From Lama glama (Eukaryota), in assembly GCA_028534125.1 (NCBI GenBank), contig CM052817.1, forward strand, positions 10,604,001-10,668,000: DNA of 64,000 nucleotides, in the 5' to 3' direction. Positions 1 to 12,640 of this stretch are shown piece by piece. The notes under the pieces are model-generated. The model did no database searches and was not told the origin of the DNA. It was given only the letters and a program-made list of their open reading frames with translations. Numbering within the stretch: the first letter of the stretch is position 1; every line of letters begins with the position of its first letter. The position numbers were made by a program, and so were the translations under genes.

Positions 1-130
1 ACAGGATCTCATTGAGAAGGTGGTGAAAGGTACTAATGGTCTCTTTGAAAAAGCTTGCAGTTCAATTTGAAAAAGGTTTTCAGGGAATTCATAGAAGGTC
101 CATGAACCTCCCAAACAGATGCAATTAAAC
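1..130 (+). mobile_element. Degenerate hAT-Charlie fragment, MER103C-like
   Basis: ttgagaa..gtgaaag...tttcagggaattcataga...ccatgaacctcc resembles the MER103C consensus and the copy at 17281. Confidence 0.4.
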
Positions 131-1534
131 CCCAGTTCAGATTCCAGCTCTATTACCATCCAGATGTCTGGCCTCAAAGAGTTTCTCAACCTGTCATTCT
201 TAATACAAGAATAATCAGTTACAGGGCGGGTTTGTTGTCGGGATTAAGGGATATGCTTTGCACATGGTATTGACTCCAAAAAATCATCGGTATTGTTCAA
301 GGTTTCTGAGTTTGTTTCTTCCTTCATGCTGCAAACATTAACTGAGCACTAATCAGGAGCCAGGTGTGGCCCCACGACTACATCCCGTGGTTGAGCCATC
401 CAAACCAAGCGGAGTCCCTTGCTTACAATAGTTGCTCAATTAATATTTTAATAGATTAATGAGGATCCTTGCCACTGGACAGAACAAACTTCAGCTCATT
501 CTATTATATTATTTTTTAATCAAGCATTCAAATATTGTTATTGACTAAACTGGACTCTATTATAAGCCTCTATTATACACTCATTCAACCTGAAAAAGTC
601 TTTTAGAGAAAGGGCATTTATCAGACCATAGTTGTTACAATCATCTTCCAATCTGCTATTTCTATAAAGTTGTATCATATTTTAAATGTAGTTAATCTTT
701 CCCTAAATGTACACTTGTTCCCCCTTTAACATATAAGTCAAATTTAACAGAGTAAACATTTCATTTATATTACAATACAGACCTATGTATCAACTTATGT
801 CTAGGTCTGCTGTAAAACATTTTATTCTCCACTGGGGAAGAACGCTGTAAAAATGCAAATAGTGAGAGCAGGTGAAAAAGAGTAAAGCTTGTATATGCAC
901 GTGTATATTTGATCTGTAAAGGTGCTTTTTTTAAACTTGGAAGACTAACTAATGAACACAAAGAATATTATATTTTTCTAGTTAACAAAATTATAGGAAC
1001 TCATTCATAGGCTTATGGAAATTTTTCCATTTATTTTTATCAATTATTTCTCTTCTAGGCCCCTGACCCTGTGCCAGCAGCATGCCTTTTTCTTTATTTT
1101 GCTAATGGGGAAATTGGGATTAGCACAAATGGTCTTAAACTTTATCACCTGGATGAAGTCTCCTGTCCCATCTTTTATAATTTCTCACCTATCTTCTGAT
1201 AATTGAGGTTTAGCACATTGACATTAGCAAGGCATAGAGCCCTGTGTCTGGAGACAATGACTGACACTCCACTGTCGGAGATGTGGCTTCTTAGGGACAT
1301 GATACCCTGTTTGATCTTACAAATGTCTCCAATGTCCAATTATCACCAACCATTTGGGTGAGTGACAAGATATCAGGGGAAATTTTTTCCAGATCACATT
1401 CTCTCGCTCTCTCCTTTCTCTTTTCTCATAATGCAGGAAGGGCTCATTATGATCTAAGAAGCATGGGCACTAACTCTACAGACGCAGTTAAAGTTTTAAC
1501 ATAGGATTGCTTGTCTTGTCCCTCCAAATCCAAA

Positions 1535-1536
<2 letters not shown>

Positions 1537-1568
<32 letters not shown>

Positions 1569-1575
1569 TGTGTGT
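1537..1575. repeat. (TG)n microsatellite
   Basis: Directly visible, with one interruption. Confidence 0.95.
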
Positions 1576-1695
1576 TTTAACGGGGGGAAGTAATTAGGTT
1601 TATTTGTTTATTTATTTAATGGAAGTACTGGGAATTGAACCCAGGACCTTATGCATGCTAGGCATGCACTCTACCACTGAGATGCACCCTCCCCT
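1540..1695 (-). mobile_element. Vic-1-like tRNA-Ala-derived SINE with (CA)n tail
   Basis: The minus strand reads GGGGAGGGTGCATCTCAGTGGTAGAGTGCATGCCTAGCATGCATAAGGTCCTGGGTTCAATTCCCAGTAC. A perfect 17-bp TSD tccaaatccaaatctgt lies at 1523-1539 and 1696-1712. Confidence 0.92.
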
Positions 1696-1867
1696 TCCAA
1701 ATCCAAATCTGTTCGTCTGCCCACCGGAGGAGCTACAAGGCTTTTTTGACCCATGGTTTAATCCCTTGTAGCCCTACAGCTGTGACACTCAAGGAAAAAC
1801 AGTTCTGACCCTCAAGGGAAAAACAAGAGCAAAAATGATAAACAACCTGAGACTGAGACCAGTGAAT

Positions 1868-1896
1868 TGTGTGTGTGTGTGTGTTTGTGTGTGTGT
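1868..1896. repeat. (TG)n microsatellite
   Basis: Directly visible, interrupted. Confidence 0.9.
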
Positions 1897-2244
1897 ATAA
1901 AAACCAGGGGGAAAAAAAACTTAAGAAAGGGTAACTTTTCGGAAGTCTTTGGCTTTGGAAGCTACGTTGATGGTAAGCTAGAATTGGAAAGATTGATTGA
2001 AGAGAAGAGGAGCATAAAAATACTACAATATTTCATATTTCGTTATTATGAAAATGCACAACAATAATTGCCTTCACCAGAAGCTTTCTTCCAAGGAACA
2101 CAAAATGTTATGCCAACATTTCCTCATTAATCTTCTTTATAATCTTGCAAGATGGTTAAGAAGCAAAAATTAGTATTCAAACTTTATCCAAGGGGACATA
2201 GAGCATGGAGGGGCATGTCAACGTGATACTTGTGACACTTTGAT

Positions 2245-2400
2245 GTGCCTCAGTTTCCTAATTTGTAAGATAAGAATATTCATAGTATTTAACACACAGG
2301 GATATTGTAAGGATTAAATGAGTTCGGACACAGAAAGGAGCTTAGATGAGATCCCAACACATAGTGAACACTCAGTAAATGTGATATCCTTATTACTATT
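2245..2400 (+). mobile_element. MIR SINE
   Basis: Core gcctcagtttcctaatttgtaa...gtaaggattaaatgag and 3' end acatagtgaacactcagtaaatg. Confidence 0.8.
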
Positions 2401-2554
2401 AGAATGCATGATGCAAGTCAGAGAAAGTCACCTTCACAATTCCTCTGGAGCCGGCACACTGAAGAAGGGGATAAACCTCTCAATTCCATCCAGCAAGCAC
2501 CCTCTGAATAACAGTGCTGCAGAATACACCAAAACCCTATAAAAAGAGTATTCT

Positions 2555-2750
2555 GCATTTATATAGCACTTTTCATTTGCAAAGCATTTTTAGATATGTT
2601 ATCTTCTGTGACCCTTACAACCACCCAGGGAGCTAGGGAAGTCAAGGTGATTACATTCAGTAAGTGAGAAAGAAAAGGCTCAGAGAGGATAAATGACACA
2701 CCCAAGGTCACCAGCCGGTTAGAAGTCAAGACACATTCAAAACCTATTTC
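2555..2750 (-). mobile_element. MIR SINE
   Basis: gcatttatatagcacttt...aggctcagagagg...cccaaggtcaccagc is the antisense MIR pattern. Confidence 0.75.
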
Positions 2751-2999
2751 ATTACTGGAGAGTTCTTTCAACCTGCAATGGATATCTCTGTGGGCTTTTT
2801 ATTTTTATTTTTTTTCCTACCCATACTGATCTTCCTAACAGCACTTTGATTTTCTTCCGGAAAATGAGCTTTTGCTCAGTGTGCATAGACCCGTTTGGAT
2901 GGTAAACCACCCCACCTATGGAAGCAGAGAGAATCCTGCAGGCTGTTCTTCCAAGTCTTTTCTCTTCCTGACCCAGTGCTGCCATGTGTCAGTAGGGGA

Positions 3000-3300
3000 A
3001 CCTAGATTCAGACAGTTGGATGCTCTCTCCTATGACTTTGAATCTTAAACCACAAGATGCAAGGATGAAAGAAAGGATGATTTCAACCCAGTGATCGCAA
3101 CCAGCAATGACCGTGAAGTTATTTCTGCTGCCAATATGCTGTGGTGTCTACTGGTTCCCAACTCTCCCAAGCCTGGTTTCTTAGCCTCCTTGCCCATCCT
3201 CTGAGCAACCCCTCTAATACCCCAATACGTTGTCTTCTTGCTTAAATTAACAAGAGTCACATTCATTTTTCTGCAGCTTAAGAGCCTGAACTAATGCAAC
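3000..3300 (+). mobile_element. MaLR (MLT1-type) LTR 3' part
   Basis: Ends ttgcttaaattaacaagagtc...tgcagcttaagagcctgaactaatgca, like old MLT1 3' termini. Confidence 0.5.
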
Positions 3301-4271
3301 ACTACTATCCTTTTCTTTCTCTCATCCAGCCATCAACAGACACATTGAGAATTCATTAAAAGCCAGCTGCCATGAAAGGAATTATGGTTTGGAATATAAT
3401 CAGGATGAAAAAAACTGGCAATCACCTGAGAGTTATATACATAAAAAAATAAGATAGGATGCAGTGTCACAATCAGGGCTACAAAGTGATGGGCATCAGA
3501 AAATACGCAGATCAAGCTACGTAGAGAGAGAATAAAGACTTCCTGTAGAAAACGGGGCTTCATCTGTGTCCTGAAAAATAAGCAGGATTGGCAACCCATT
3601 CAAATATGCAGAGTTTCTAATGCTAAGAAGTAAAAAACATTGGTGCTCCTTTCGAAACCAAATTCATTTTCTTTCTAAGAAGTAATGACTGATTTATGGG
3701 AAAGCAGAGCATTTGGAGAAATATGATTCTATATATTCAGCTCATTCAAATGTGTTATTTGGCATTTGTTCAGATCAAGCCTGAAAATTATCACGGAGAA
3801 GGAAAACATGAACTTTAATAAACATTTTTAATTGTAAGTCTGGAGCAAAGTATTGTGTTTTTCGTTGAATTCATCATATTTATCACTGGATGACAGTATA
3901 AAACCCTCCTGGATTTAGAACCAGATTTCCAACTGAAAGTGATAGTAATTGATGATCTTGGTCAGTATCCTAAGTGGAATGAATACTTCAAATTAGAAAA
4001 TCACATCGAAACTATCCCTGACACTAGCGACATTATTCCGGGTGAAGAGGCATAGGATAGCCTCCTTTAGATGTTTCTCCTTGATTAAAGGGGTTTATAT
4101 TATCCAAAATATTTCCTTCAGGTCTTAAGTAGCCCTGAATTTTTGTTGAGGTTAAATTTTTAAAATCCAAAGCATTTCTATCTAAGGTCATATGGTATTT
4201 ATTGAAACCTAGTATTCTTTTCAGAAAATCCTCTATTTTTCCCAAAGCCTGTTTAGTAAGATGATCTTACC

Positions 4272-4575
4272 ACAGGGCCTTTGCACGGGCTGTAGTTCCT
4301 GTCTAAATTGCCCTCACCCTCCCTTTGTCTTCCTACTTATGTAACCCATTCTTCAAGACTCAAGTCAAGCATCATCCTTTTAAAGAACCCCTTTAGGCAG
4401 CCCCTCAGTGTTGGACCCCAGTTGCCCCTCTCACAACCCTTGTAAGGTGACAAAGTTATGATTGTATACTGCCATAATTATTTCATTAATGAGTCTCCCC
4501 AGATGGAATGTAGGTTTTGGAGGAGCAGTGACTATGTGCTATTTTCACTGTGTCAGCTTCGCTGAATGAATGGAT
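4272..4575 (+). mobile_element. L2 LINE 3' fragment
   Basis: cagggcctttgcacgggctg...ttcttcaagactcaagtcaagcatc...tgaatgaatg. Confidence 0.75.
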
Positions 4576-5669
4576 TAATCAACATAGAGTTCTAATATAT
4601 TTGTCTTAAAATCCTCTCACTTCCAAAGACGATGCAGATGTTCTACATGTGGATATTAATGAAGTCAGTTTCCCTTTACTCAATGAATTTTCCCAAGTTC
4701 AAAAATGTCTTTTTGAAAGATCACTTTTCTTCAATGATTTCTTGATTTTTAACTCTCATTCTCTCTGATGATAGCTTGTAACCATCCTGTTTTCTTTTTA
4801 TGTCCTTCACAGAAATAAGGGCACAGCCAAAGCTGATTCTCAAGTTTAGAAACTCTGGTAGGTTCCTATTTTCTTTCTCTTTATATAGATAGTCTCTATT
4901 TCCTATTTCTATATCTAGTTTTTAAATCTTTTATTTCCATGTCCTTTGTTGTACACATCATCCCAAGTAGAAGAAGACACCGCCTCATCAGTATGACACT
5001 TGCACCCTGTACATCCATTTTTTCCTGGCACCCATCATTGTGTATTATTTTTATGGGTTTCCATCTGCATTGCCTACAACACTGCTGTGAGCTCCTTACA
5101 GGGAGGGACAGGCCTTATCAACCTAGGAATTTTCATTTTTGGGCACAGCACCTGGCACACTGTCTGTAAATATTTGTTCAACTGAAATGCTTCATATCAT
5201 TTTGGGAGGGAAAGGACTGGCACATCAACAGATTCCATTCAACATCTTGAACTTGACAGCATTTAATCTTACTGTTTCATTTTCTCCCGGCTCACCTTCC
5301 TGCTCTCTCCTGATACAGTGATGTAATCCCTGTTTTCTCAGGTCTTCTACATGATTTGATGTCACAGATGGGATTAATGTGCTATTCAACCTCTTGCTCA
5401 CATTTGCTAATAACAACAGTGGGCCTGTTACCAAATGCCACTCCAGCAAATGTCATGTCTCCCTGCCCCTTGTTTACAATTCTTTATCTCCTTTAGGGCC
5501 CACGGGAATATTCATTGCTAAGCCCAATTTGAATTATTTTTGCGAGTCAGATGTCAAGAGACCTAAAGACCCAGAACAAAGACTTGTTCACAGTCTAAAA
5601 GGAGTAAAGACTGATCCTCTGAGTTCTTATCCAAATCAATGTTGAAAAGTGTATGTTCTTATTCTAGAA

Positions 5670-5870
5670 TAGCAACACATATTTACATAGCACTTTCTGT
5701 GTGCAAGACCCTGTTCTGAGAACTTCATATATACAGTACTAACTTTTTTTAATCTTTAAAATAATTGTATGAGGTTGTAGAACTATTATCTCCACTTTAC
5801 AGATGAGGAAACTGAGGCACAGAGAAATTCAATGGAGGCAGTCTTGCTCCAGAATTTGTACCATACTCTG
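5670..5870 (-). mobile_element. MIR SINE
   Basis: Core ccactttacagatgaggaaactgaggcacagaga. Confidence 0.85.
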
Positions 5871-5911
5871 TGGTCTCTAGGAAGCTACTCACTTTATTTG
5901 TAGCAATGCAG

Positions 5912-6547
5912 GTGTTCTGATTATCCGTTGTTGCATTACAAAATTACCCCAGAAGGGAGGGCATAGCTCAGTGGTAGAGCACATGCTTAGCATGCATAAG
6001 GTCCCAAGTTCAATCCCCAGTATCTCCATTAAAATAAATAAACCTAATTACAAAATTACCCCGAAACTCTGGTGGCTTGAAACAACAACTATTTTACTAA
6101 ATCTCATGATTTTATAGGTCAGTGGCTAAGTTGGGTGATTCTGTGCTCCGCGTAAGATCAAATGCGTCAAACAGGGTGATATTTAGCTGGGGAACACGGG
6201 GTTCCGGAGGGTCCTTGAAACTTCATCACCTCCCTGGCCCCTAGATGGGGCAACTGGAAGGCTGGTCTCTGCTGAGCCCCTGTTTTTCTCCTGTAGCTCC
6301 AGGGCATCTCCACAGGGTCCCTTAGCAGGGTAGTCACACTTCCCACAGGCTCAGCGCTCAGGGACCGCGGTGAAAACTGTCCATCACTGAGTCCACCTCT
6401 GCAGCCCTGCCTGATTTCAAGGAGAGGGGAAATAGACTGTGTCTCTCTCTCTCTGTTTTTTTTCCTCCTTTTCAGTTTTATTAGGTAGAAAGACTGTCTC
6501 TTGATAGGAGGACCGTCAGCAAGTGTGTGGCCATCTTAGGCCGCACA
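5912..6547 (-). mobile_element. MaLR (MLT1-type) LTR, interrupted by a SINE
   Basis: ttatccgttgttgcattacaaaattacccc..aaactctggtggcttgaaacaacaa is the antisense MLT1 terminus. Confidence 0.7.
5955..6050 (+). mobile_element. Vic-1-like SINE inserted in the MLT1 LTR
   Basis: gggagggcatagctcagtggtagagcacatgcttagcatgcataaggtcccaagttcaatccccagtatctcca. attacaaaattacccc is duplicated at 5935-5950 and 6047-6062. Confidence 0.92.
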
Positions 6548-7081
6548 ACCAGTATTTTAGAGAAGGTTGACTTTAAGGCAGTTGAACCAAAATACATTAT
6601 TGTGTATTTTGTTGTTTGGGTTTTTTTGTTTTCTTCTTTAAAAATTAGTATTATTTTGCGGGAGCAGGGGAAGTAAGGTAGAAGAACAGGACCCAGGAAC
6701 TGTACCAGGCATTTTCATCCATGTTGTCTTGATCACCATCCAACAGAGCTACGTTGCTCGTTACTTTGAGCGTTTAAGCCCCCGTGTAAGAAACGAGCAC
6801 ACCAAGGCTCAGAGAGGTTAGGAAGCTTGCCACTGAGGCCTTGGGCTTAAACCCAAGAAGTGTGTGACTGCTTTCTTTTTAACTCAACTGTAGCTTCTTC
6901 TTACGGTTTTATAGGCTCATTGATTGGAATGAGAGAGAAGACACAACATGTCAAGACACACAGTGTAGCAACAGGGCTACTTGAATCTGGTGTGAACTCG
7001 GAAAGGCAGCTTCCCCGTCTGCATCTCTGTCTTCCCACTTGTAAAGTGAGGGATTTGGGCCAGATTAGGGTCCTCCACACT

Positions 7082-7225
7082 AATGTGTTCTTCAAATCAA
7101 TTTGTAAAGGCACAACCAACATTTTTTTAAATGAAGTGGTATAAAATAGAAAACAGGGGGTATCTTATGCAGGGAGGGGGAGCACTGTTTATGAATCTTT
7201 TATTTCAGTTGTGGTTGCCTATTTG

Positions 7226-7263
<38 letters not shown>

Positions 7264-7319
7264 GGAGCCCACAAAATGTATTTCTTACTGTAGATAATAG
7301 AAAAGTCTGAAAGCCACTG
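7082..7319 (-). mobile_element. hAT-Charlie (Charlie4-like) element with internal (TG)n at 7228-7260, nested in a MIR
   Basis: Terminus aaaatgtatttcttactgt...tgaaagccactg, with MIR-like sequence on both flanks. Confidence 0.6.
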
Positions 7320-8389
7320 GGCTAGGTGACCTTTTTTGATTCCTTCCAGATCAAAAAGATAGAATTCTGGGAATGATCATTTCAACCATAATTTTGTATA
7401 AAACAGAGGCTGTACCTAATTTACTTTGAACAAGACCCTGAATGAAATGACTATTTGTTCTAATATACTTGACATATTTATCAGGTCATATCTTATTATT
7501 CAAACTCAAAAAATATACTCTACTTTAGGTCAAATTTTGGTAAAAGAAAAGAAAAAAAAAAACACTATTCCTGCACCCTATCTTCCTGCATCCAGGAAAG
7601 AAGTCTCTGCACGGCAAATGTTCCCAAGCCTCAGCTCATACATCCTGTATTCATCTCAAACAATATTTTTAATCAAATTTTACTATCTCAAAAGCTTTAG
7701 GACCATCCTCCCAATTTGGGACATAGCATGGACAATTCAATTTTTATTAAATGTAATGATGTCTAGAAATTAAACCTCAAGAGAATATTTTAAAACACAC
7801 ACATGAGCAGTATCGTATCGATGCTAAATTAATTCAGAGGATACAATCTGCAAAATTAAGCACGTGATTTAGCAATACAAGTGTCGGATTTAGGGACTGG
7901 GTGAAGTGAATGAGCTGTAAGTTTCCTTTTATGCTGAAATTCTACGATTGAACTGTTCCGCGGATGTTGACAGTACTGCGTCCACATGAATTGTTCATGA
8001 CCTTGTTTCTCCGATCTGTTGGATTCTGTTGGCTGGAATACGGGACTTTGTCATTTTTCTTCTCTCAAATATAAACCAGTGCAGACTCCTCCCTGTTTAC
8101 TCAGCCAACAAGCAAGATATATTTTTACTCTAAATGCAAAGTCACTTCATTATTGTTGGAAATGAATTCCAATATTATATTCCTAAACATCTAGAAATTG
8201 GCATTCAGGTAAGTAGTGCATGTGGAGTAAAGTTAAAACTGGCTTTAAGGTAAAATATAGGATATGGTTGGCTCCAAAAACTTAGAAATGACATTATAAA
8301 TATTTTGGATTAAAAAATATTTTCTGATTTCAGTTTTCATGTAATAATATATTTATGGGGCACTTTACTTTTTTAAAAGGCACTTATTT

Positions 8390-8760
8390 TCTTTCATTTA
8401 CTAAAAAAAAATTTATCGGATGCCTGCTTTGTGCCAGACATTGCTCTAGGCAGTGGCAAACCAGACAAGGTCCCCTGGAGTTTACAGCTTAGGGGAGGGG
8501 GTTGACAAGAAAACAAATAAAGGAACCAGATCATTGCAGATAGTGATAAGTGTGATGAGGGGAAAAAAAAAAAAACAGCCTGTGAAGATCAGTGATGACT
8601 TCACACGTACAGGTCAAGGGAACCTCTCAGGAAGTGACATTTGAGCTGAGAGCTGAATGGCAGGAAGAAGTCAGCCCCCTGCAAACCTGAGGGCAGAGTT
8701 TTCCTGGCAGTGAACTTGCTGGGACAAAGCTCCTCTGGAGGAAATGGGCCCAGTGTGTTC
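8390..8760 (-). mobile_element. L2 LINE 3' fragment
   Basis: ttcatttac..atttatcggatgcctgctttgtgccagacattgctctagg...gaagtgacatttgagctgag. Confidence 0.8.
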
Positions 8761-9950
8761 TCCAGGAGAAACGGGGAGGCAGAGATCTCACATATCCAGC
8801 ACTTTCTTCCCACGCAGCTATTCTGTATTTAAAGATCTCTTTCTGAATCCTTCTAACTCCAACCCCTATTTGTCGCATATTTTGGCAGGGGAGGGAGGGA
8901 AAGAGAGAATTGAGGGAAAACATAGTAAAATTTTTCTGCACAATACCTACTCAAAACAGCCTGATAGTTTCAAATCTGATTTTTAAAGTCACTTAAGGAC
9001 AATGATCAGACTGATAATGTTCAACTGGATAAGGGAGTTTTTTTCTTTCCCTTGAGCCTGATTTCTCTAAATGCCAAGTTTCCATTAGCAATGGTCTTGT
9101 CATGTTCTAAATATTTACAGTTTTTTACTTCTTAATCATTATTTGATCATTTAAAAATGGGTTGACTAATCACCAAATGCGTCACAGCTGCAGAAGAAAA
9201 AAAAAATACTGGTTTTGTCAATAGAGCATGTGCAAAGCTGGAGTTGATTTTCTCCAAAATATCTTACCCATTTGGCACCTCCCACCCTCTTTTCCTTTGT
9301 CACCATGTCACCACTCCCACTCACTGGAGGGACAGAAAAGGATTGGAAGCAGCTGGAGAGAGGCTCCCAGGACCTGTCTTTAAGAAGGCACTTATTTAGT
9401 TGTTCTGAGGGTTTTCGTGCAGTGTTTCAATATCAAGGGCACTGCTTTGATTTAGCTTTTCAAAAATGCTGAAAATAGACCAGTCTTTAAAACCACTGCC
9501 CTTTTGTATGGAATATTTGAAAGAATTTTATTTTTGGACCTGAGAATGATAAAAAACAAACAAATAAAAACAAACAAACAAGCAAGCATGATAAAGATAT
9601 TATATGTAAAAATCACTGGGCAAATCCCCTGAGTTCTCCAAGACTTGTTTTCTACAAGGCTGCCATTATTAAACAATAAGGTATCAGAACTGGAAGAAAG
9701 GAATCCTAGAACGAACTCAGCTCTGCTCTGAGGCTTTGGACATGCTGTTCCCTCTCCCTGGAAGGCTCCGGATCACTTTTTTCACCTGACAAACCTCTAA
9801 AGACCTTTTAGACGAGGTGGCTTTGGCCTCAAAGAGACCTAGACTCAAAAAACAGCTCTCCTACTTACCACGTTAGGGGCTCATTTGTCAAATGAGCATA
9901 AAAAGAAGACTTATTAAGATTGCAAAAAAAGAAAAAAGGTTAAATGAGAT

Positions 9951-10010
9951 CACCTGGGTATACCTGTCCATGCACACCTGAGCTGTACCTGTCCGTGCAC
10001 ACCTGAGCTG
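9951..10010. repeat. 25-bp tandem duplication
   Basis: tacctgtcc(a/g)tgcacacctgagctg at 9961-9985 and 9986-10010, with a partial copy in front. Confidence 0.9.
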
Positions 10011-10084
10011 TCATTTGTGCCCAGGACCTGCCCCCTGAATAGGAACAATTATTTTTATAGTAGATGCTCTTTTCAAAAAAGAAT

Positions 10085-10213
10085 TACATTTCTATATTGA
10101 GGTATAGTGAATGTACAATATTGCAGAAGTCTCAGGTATACAACATAGTGATTCACCACTTTTAAATGTTATACTTCATTTAAAGTTGTTATAAAATACT
10201 AGCTATATTCTCT
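10085..10213 (-). mobile_element. L1 3' terminal fragment (cetartiodactyl type)
   Basis: attgaggtatagtgaatgtacaatatt...caggtatacaacatagtgattca, similar to the other L1 tails in this window. Confidence 0.75.
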
Positions 10214-12254
10214 GGCATTCAGAGCTCTTTTATCTGGTAGAAGAAGACCTGGGAGTTGGTAGGTTAACGGAACGTTGGTTAAAGCCAAGACAGCATGGCC
10301 AGCTGGCCACGAGCTTTGGTCTTCAACAATACGTTTTACAGAGGGGAGGATGTCAGCTAACCTTGGGAGCTTGTTAAGTGGGAGATGCCTTAAAATCTTC
10401 CCCTGGGTTTTTTTATCAAGTCTCAATGTACTATTTCCTCTCAGAGGTCTGGTCTTCGCATACCCTCTACTTAATTCTGCTTTCCTCTGTTCTATGTCCC
10501 TTTATTAACAACTAGACTTTTGGGCCACATACTATATGTCAGGCGATATTCTACATATTTCTTGACAGCCCAGTGCAATAGGTATTGGTGTCTTCGTCAA
10601 GACCACGCAGCTAGTGATCTCAGTGATGGTAATGACACTGGCCGGTCTAGCTCCAGGCCCTGGGTAGGTCCTGCTAACCCACTGCGCCCCACACTCTCCC
10701 TATCGGGACCCTTCTCGCACTGATTTTCACCCAGCTTGTCTGTCTTCCTGGGCAGCTGAGCCCCACGGGTGAGATGCATAACTGGCACTCCTGAGTTTGA
10801 GGCATAACTGGCACTCAGTCCATTTGGGGACTATTTCCAAACTCTCATTTTTACAGATCAGAGAATGATGTCAAGGGTGGGTTAGTGACCTGCCCAGTGG
10901 GCACAGCTGGCATTAGAATGCGGATCTCTCACTCCGTGGCCACTTCCTTCATCGAGCTGCTACTTGTGTTGATTCCCCTGCTCAACATCTTCCTACTCAT
11001 TTGGCAACATTTTGCCTCTGAACTTGTTCCCAATCCCATCCCCAGCCAGGTCTTAAATTCAGTGTCCCTGAAGCTGATTTAAATCTAGGATGCAATGAGA
11101 ATTTTAAGGAAAAACAATTGTAAAGAGACATTAGATACTAAAACATCCAGATAGAAAACCAAACACAGAGACCTCGCCCCAGCCGAGCCGCTGTCTGTGC
11201 CAACGATGATGCCTGCACCCCTAGTACCGGGCTGCATAATTACTTCCTGGCTGAGGTTCTGCAAAGCCACACATTTGAACTATGAAAGAAAAACAAATAA
11301 ATAAATAACTAGCCCTGCTGATTAGCAAGGTACTGCAGCTGCTGGAAACATCTCCCCCATCTAACTTACCGTCATATCATCAGCCCTGATGCTTGCTTCT
11401 TCCTCCAGCCGAGATGAAGAGCAAACTGAATTGTGCTTCTAGTGTACAATCTTACCTAATTACACCAGCTGATCGCTTAAAAGTAATGTTTGCACACAGA
11501 TCGGGAAGACGCTTACAAGAACCAGCTGGTTGATAAAGGCTATAAGTGAGGATTTGATTCCTTTTCAAAGGAGTGTTAACTATTTACATCTATATTTAAA
11601 CACCGCATCACAACACCAGTCACTGTGTGGCTCTGCAAAGTGAGACTGCACTTGAGTTCCACAGGGGCGGGCCAACTTAGAAATGAAAGTATTGCCCATC
11701 ATGTAAAAGTATGACGTTGTCATTTGCTGCCTTAGGATATCCATTTGAAAGACTGACCACTATCTTTTGGTTTTTAGACATAAATGAAAGATTAATGGGA
11801 ATTAATCTCGTGAGCACACGTGCTTTCTGACAAAGCAGAATGGCACCCATTAATCACCACTCGACTGTGGACATTGAAGACGAGTTAGAACAGTGATGGC
11901 GCCACAAGCCGCTCACATATCATGACCAAGTCACCTCATGGGTGGCTGGGATAAGTGCCTGTTCTAAAAACTGTCTTAGTTAACCCATACAGTATCGTTT
12001 TATTGAGCCCACTTTATGTGCTAAGTATGGTCATCATCTTCTTTTTTTAAACTTGAGGAATGCTAAGTGCTTCTCTGTCCAAGAGGCAACATGGAATGTG
12101 AAGTTAAACCTGTGCGATCTCAACTTTGCCTGAATCCCAAAGTCTAACTCCCTCCTTTGACTCTTCCCACAACCTCACAGGTCAAAGTTTTGGCATCTTT
12201 AATCCATCCAATTTCGGAAGCATTCCAGAGCATCTTTCAAGGCTGAGGCAGATT

Positions 12255-12640
12255 TCCTTAACTCAACACATAGTTGTTGAATGCACACCATGTCCCAGTA
12301 TAAGCCTGGGTGCTGGGGATATAGAAGTGAATAAAATAGTGGGCATCTCAGCCTTAGAGCCACGTGAGGGAGACAGGAAAGAAAGTGTTTCACTTCAGAG
12401 TAGCACAGGCTAGTGGAGACTCAGTGGTAACTGACATGGTAGGTGCTGAGTAAATACATGTGAGTTGACAGAGAAGTGTTTTCAATGCATTAGGAGCTAT
12501 GCCTAGGAAGTTCAGAGAAGGCAGGCTTCCTGGAGGAGGTGGCTACAGAGAAAGCCCTTGAAGGATGATTAGTTTGCTAGGCAGATGATATAAGAAAGAC
12601 ATGCCAGGCAAAAAGACAAGACCTGCTTCGATGGCATAAT
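12255..12640 (-). mobile_element. L2 LINE fragments
   Basis: actcaacacatagttgttgaatgcacacc...gctggggatatagaagtgaataaaa...ggcttcctggaggaggtgg. Confidence 0.7.

Noticed and set aside
5955..6030. tRNA-Ala(AGC)-like sequence, and similar heads at 1.6, 34.5, 54.5 and 59.6 kb
   Set aside because: Each has a SINE tail, usually a TSD, and stem mismatches. These are SINEs, not tRNA genes.
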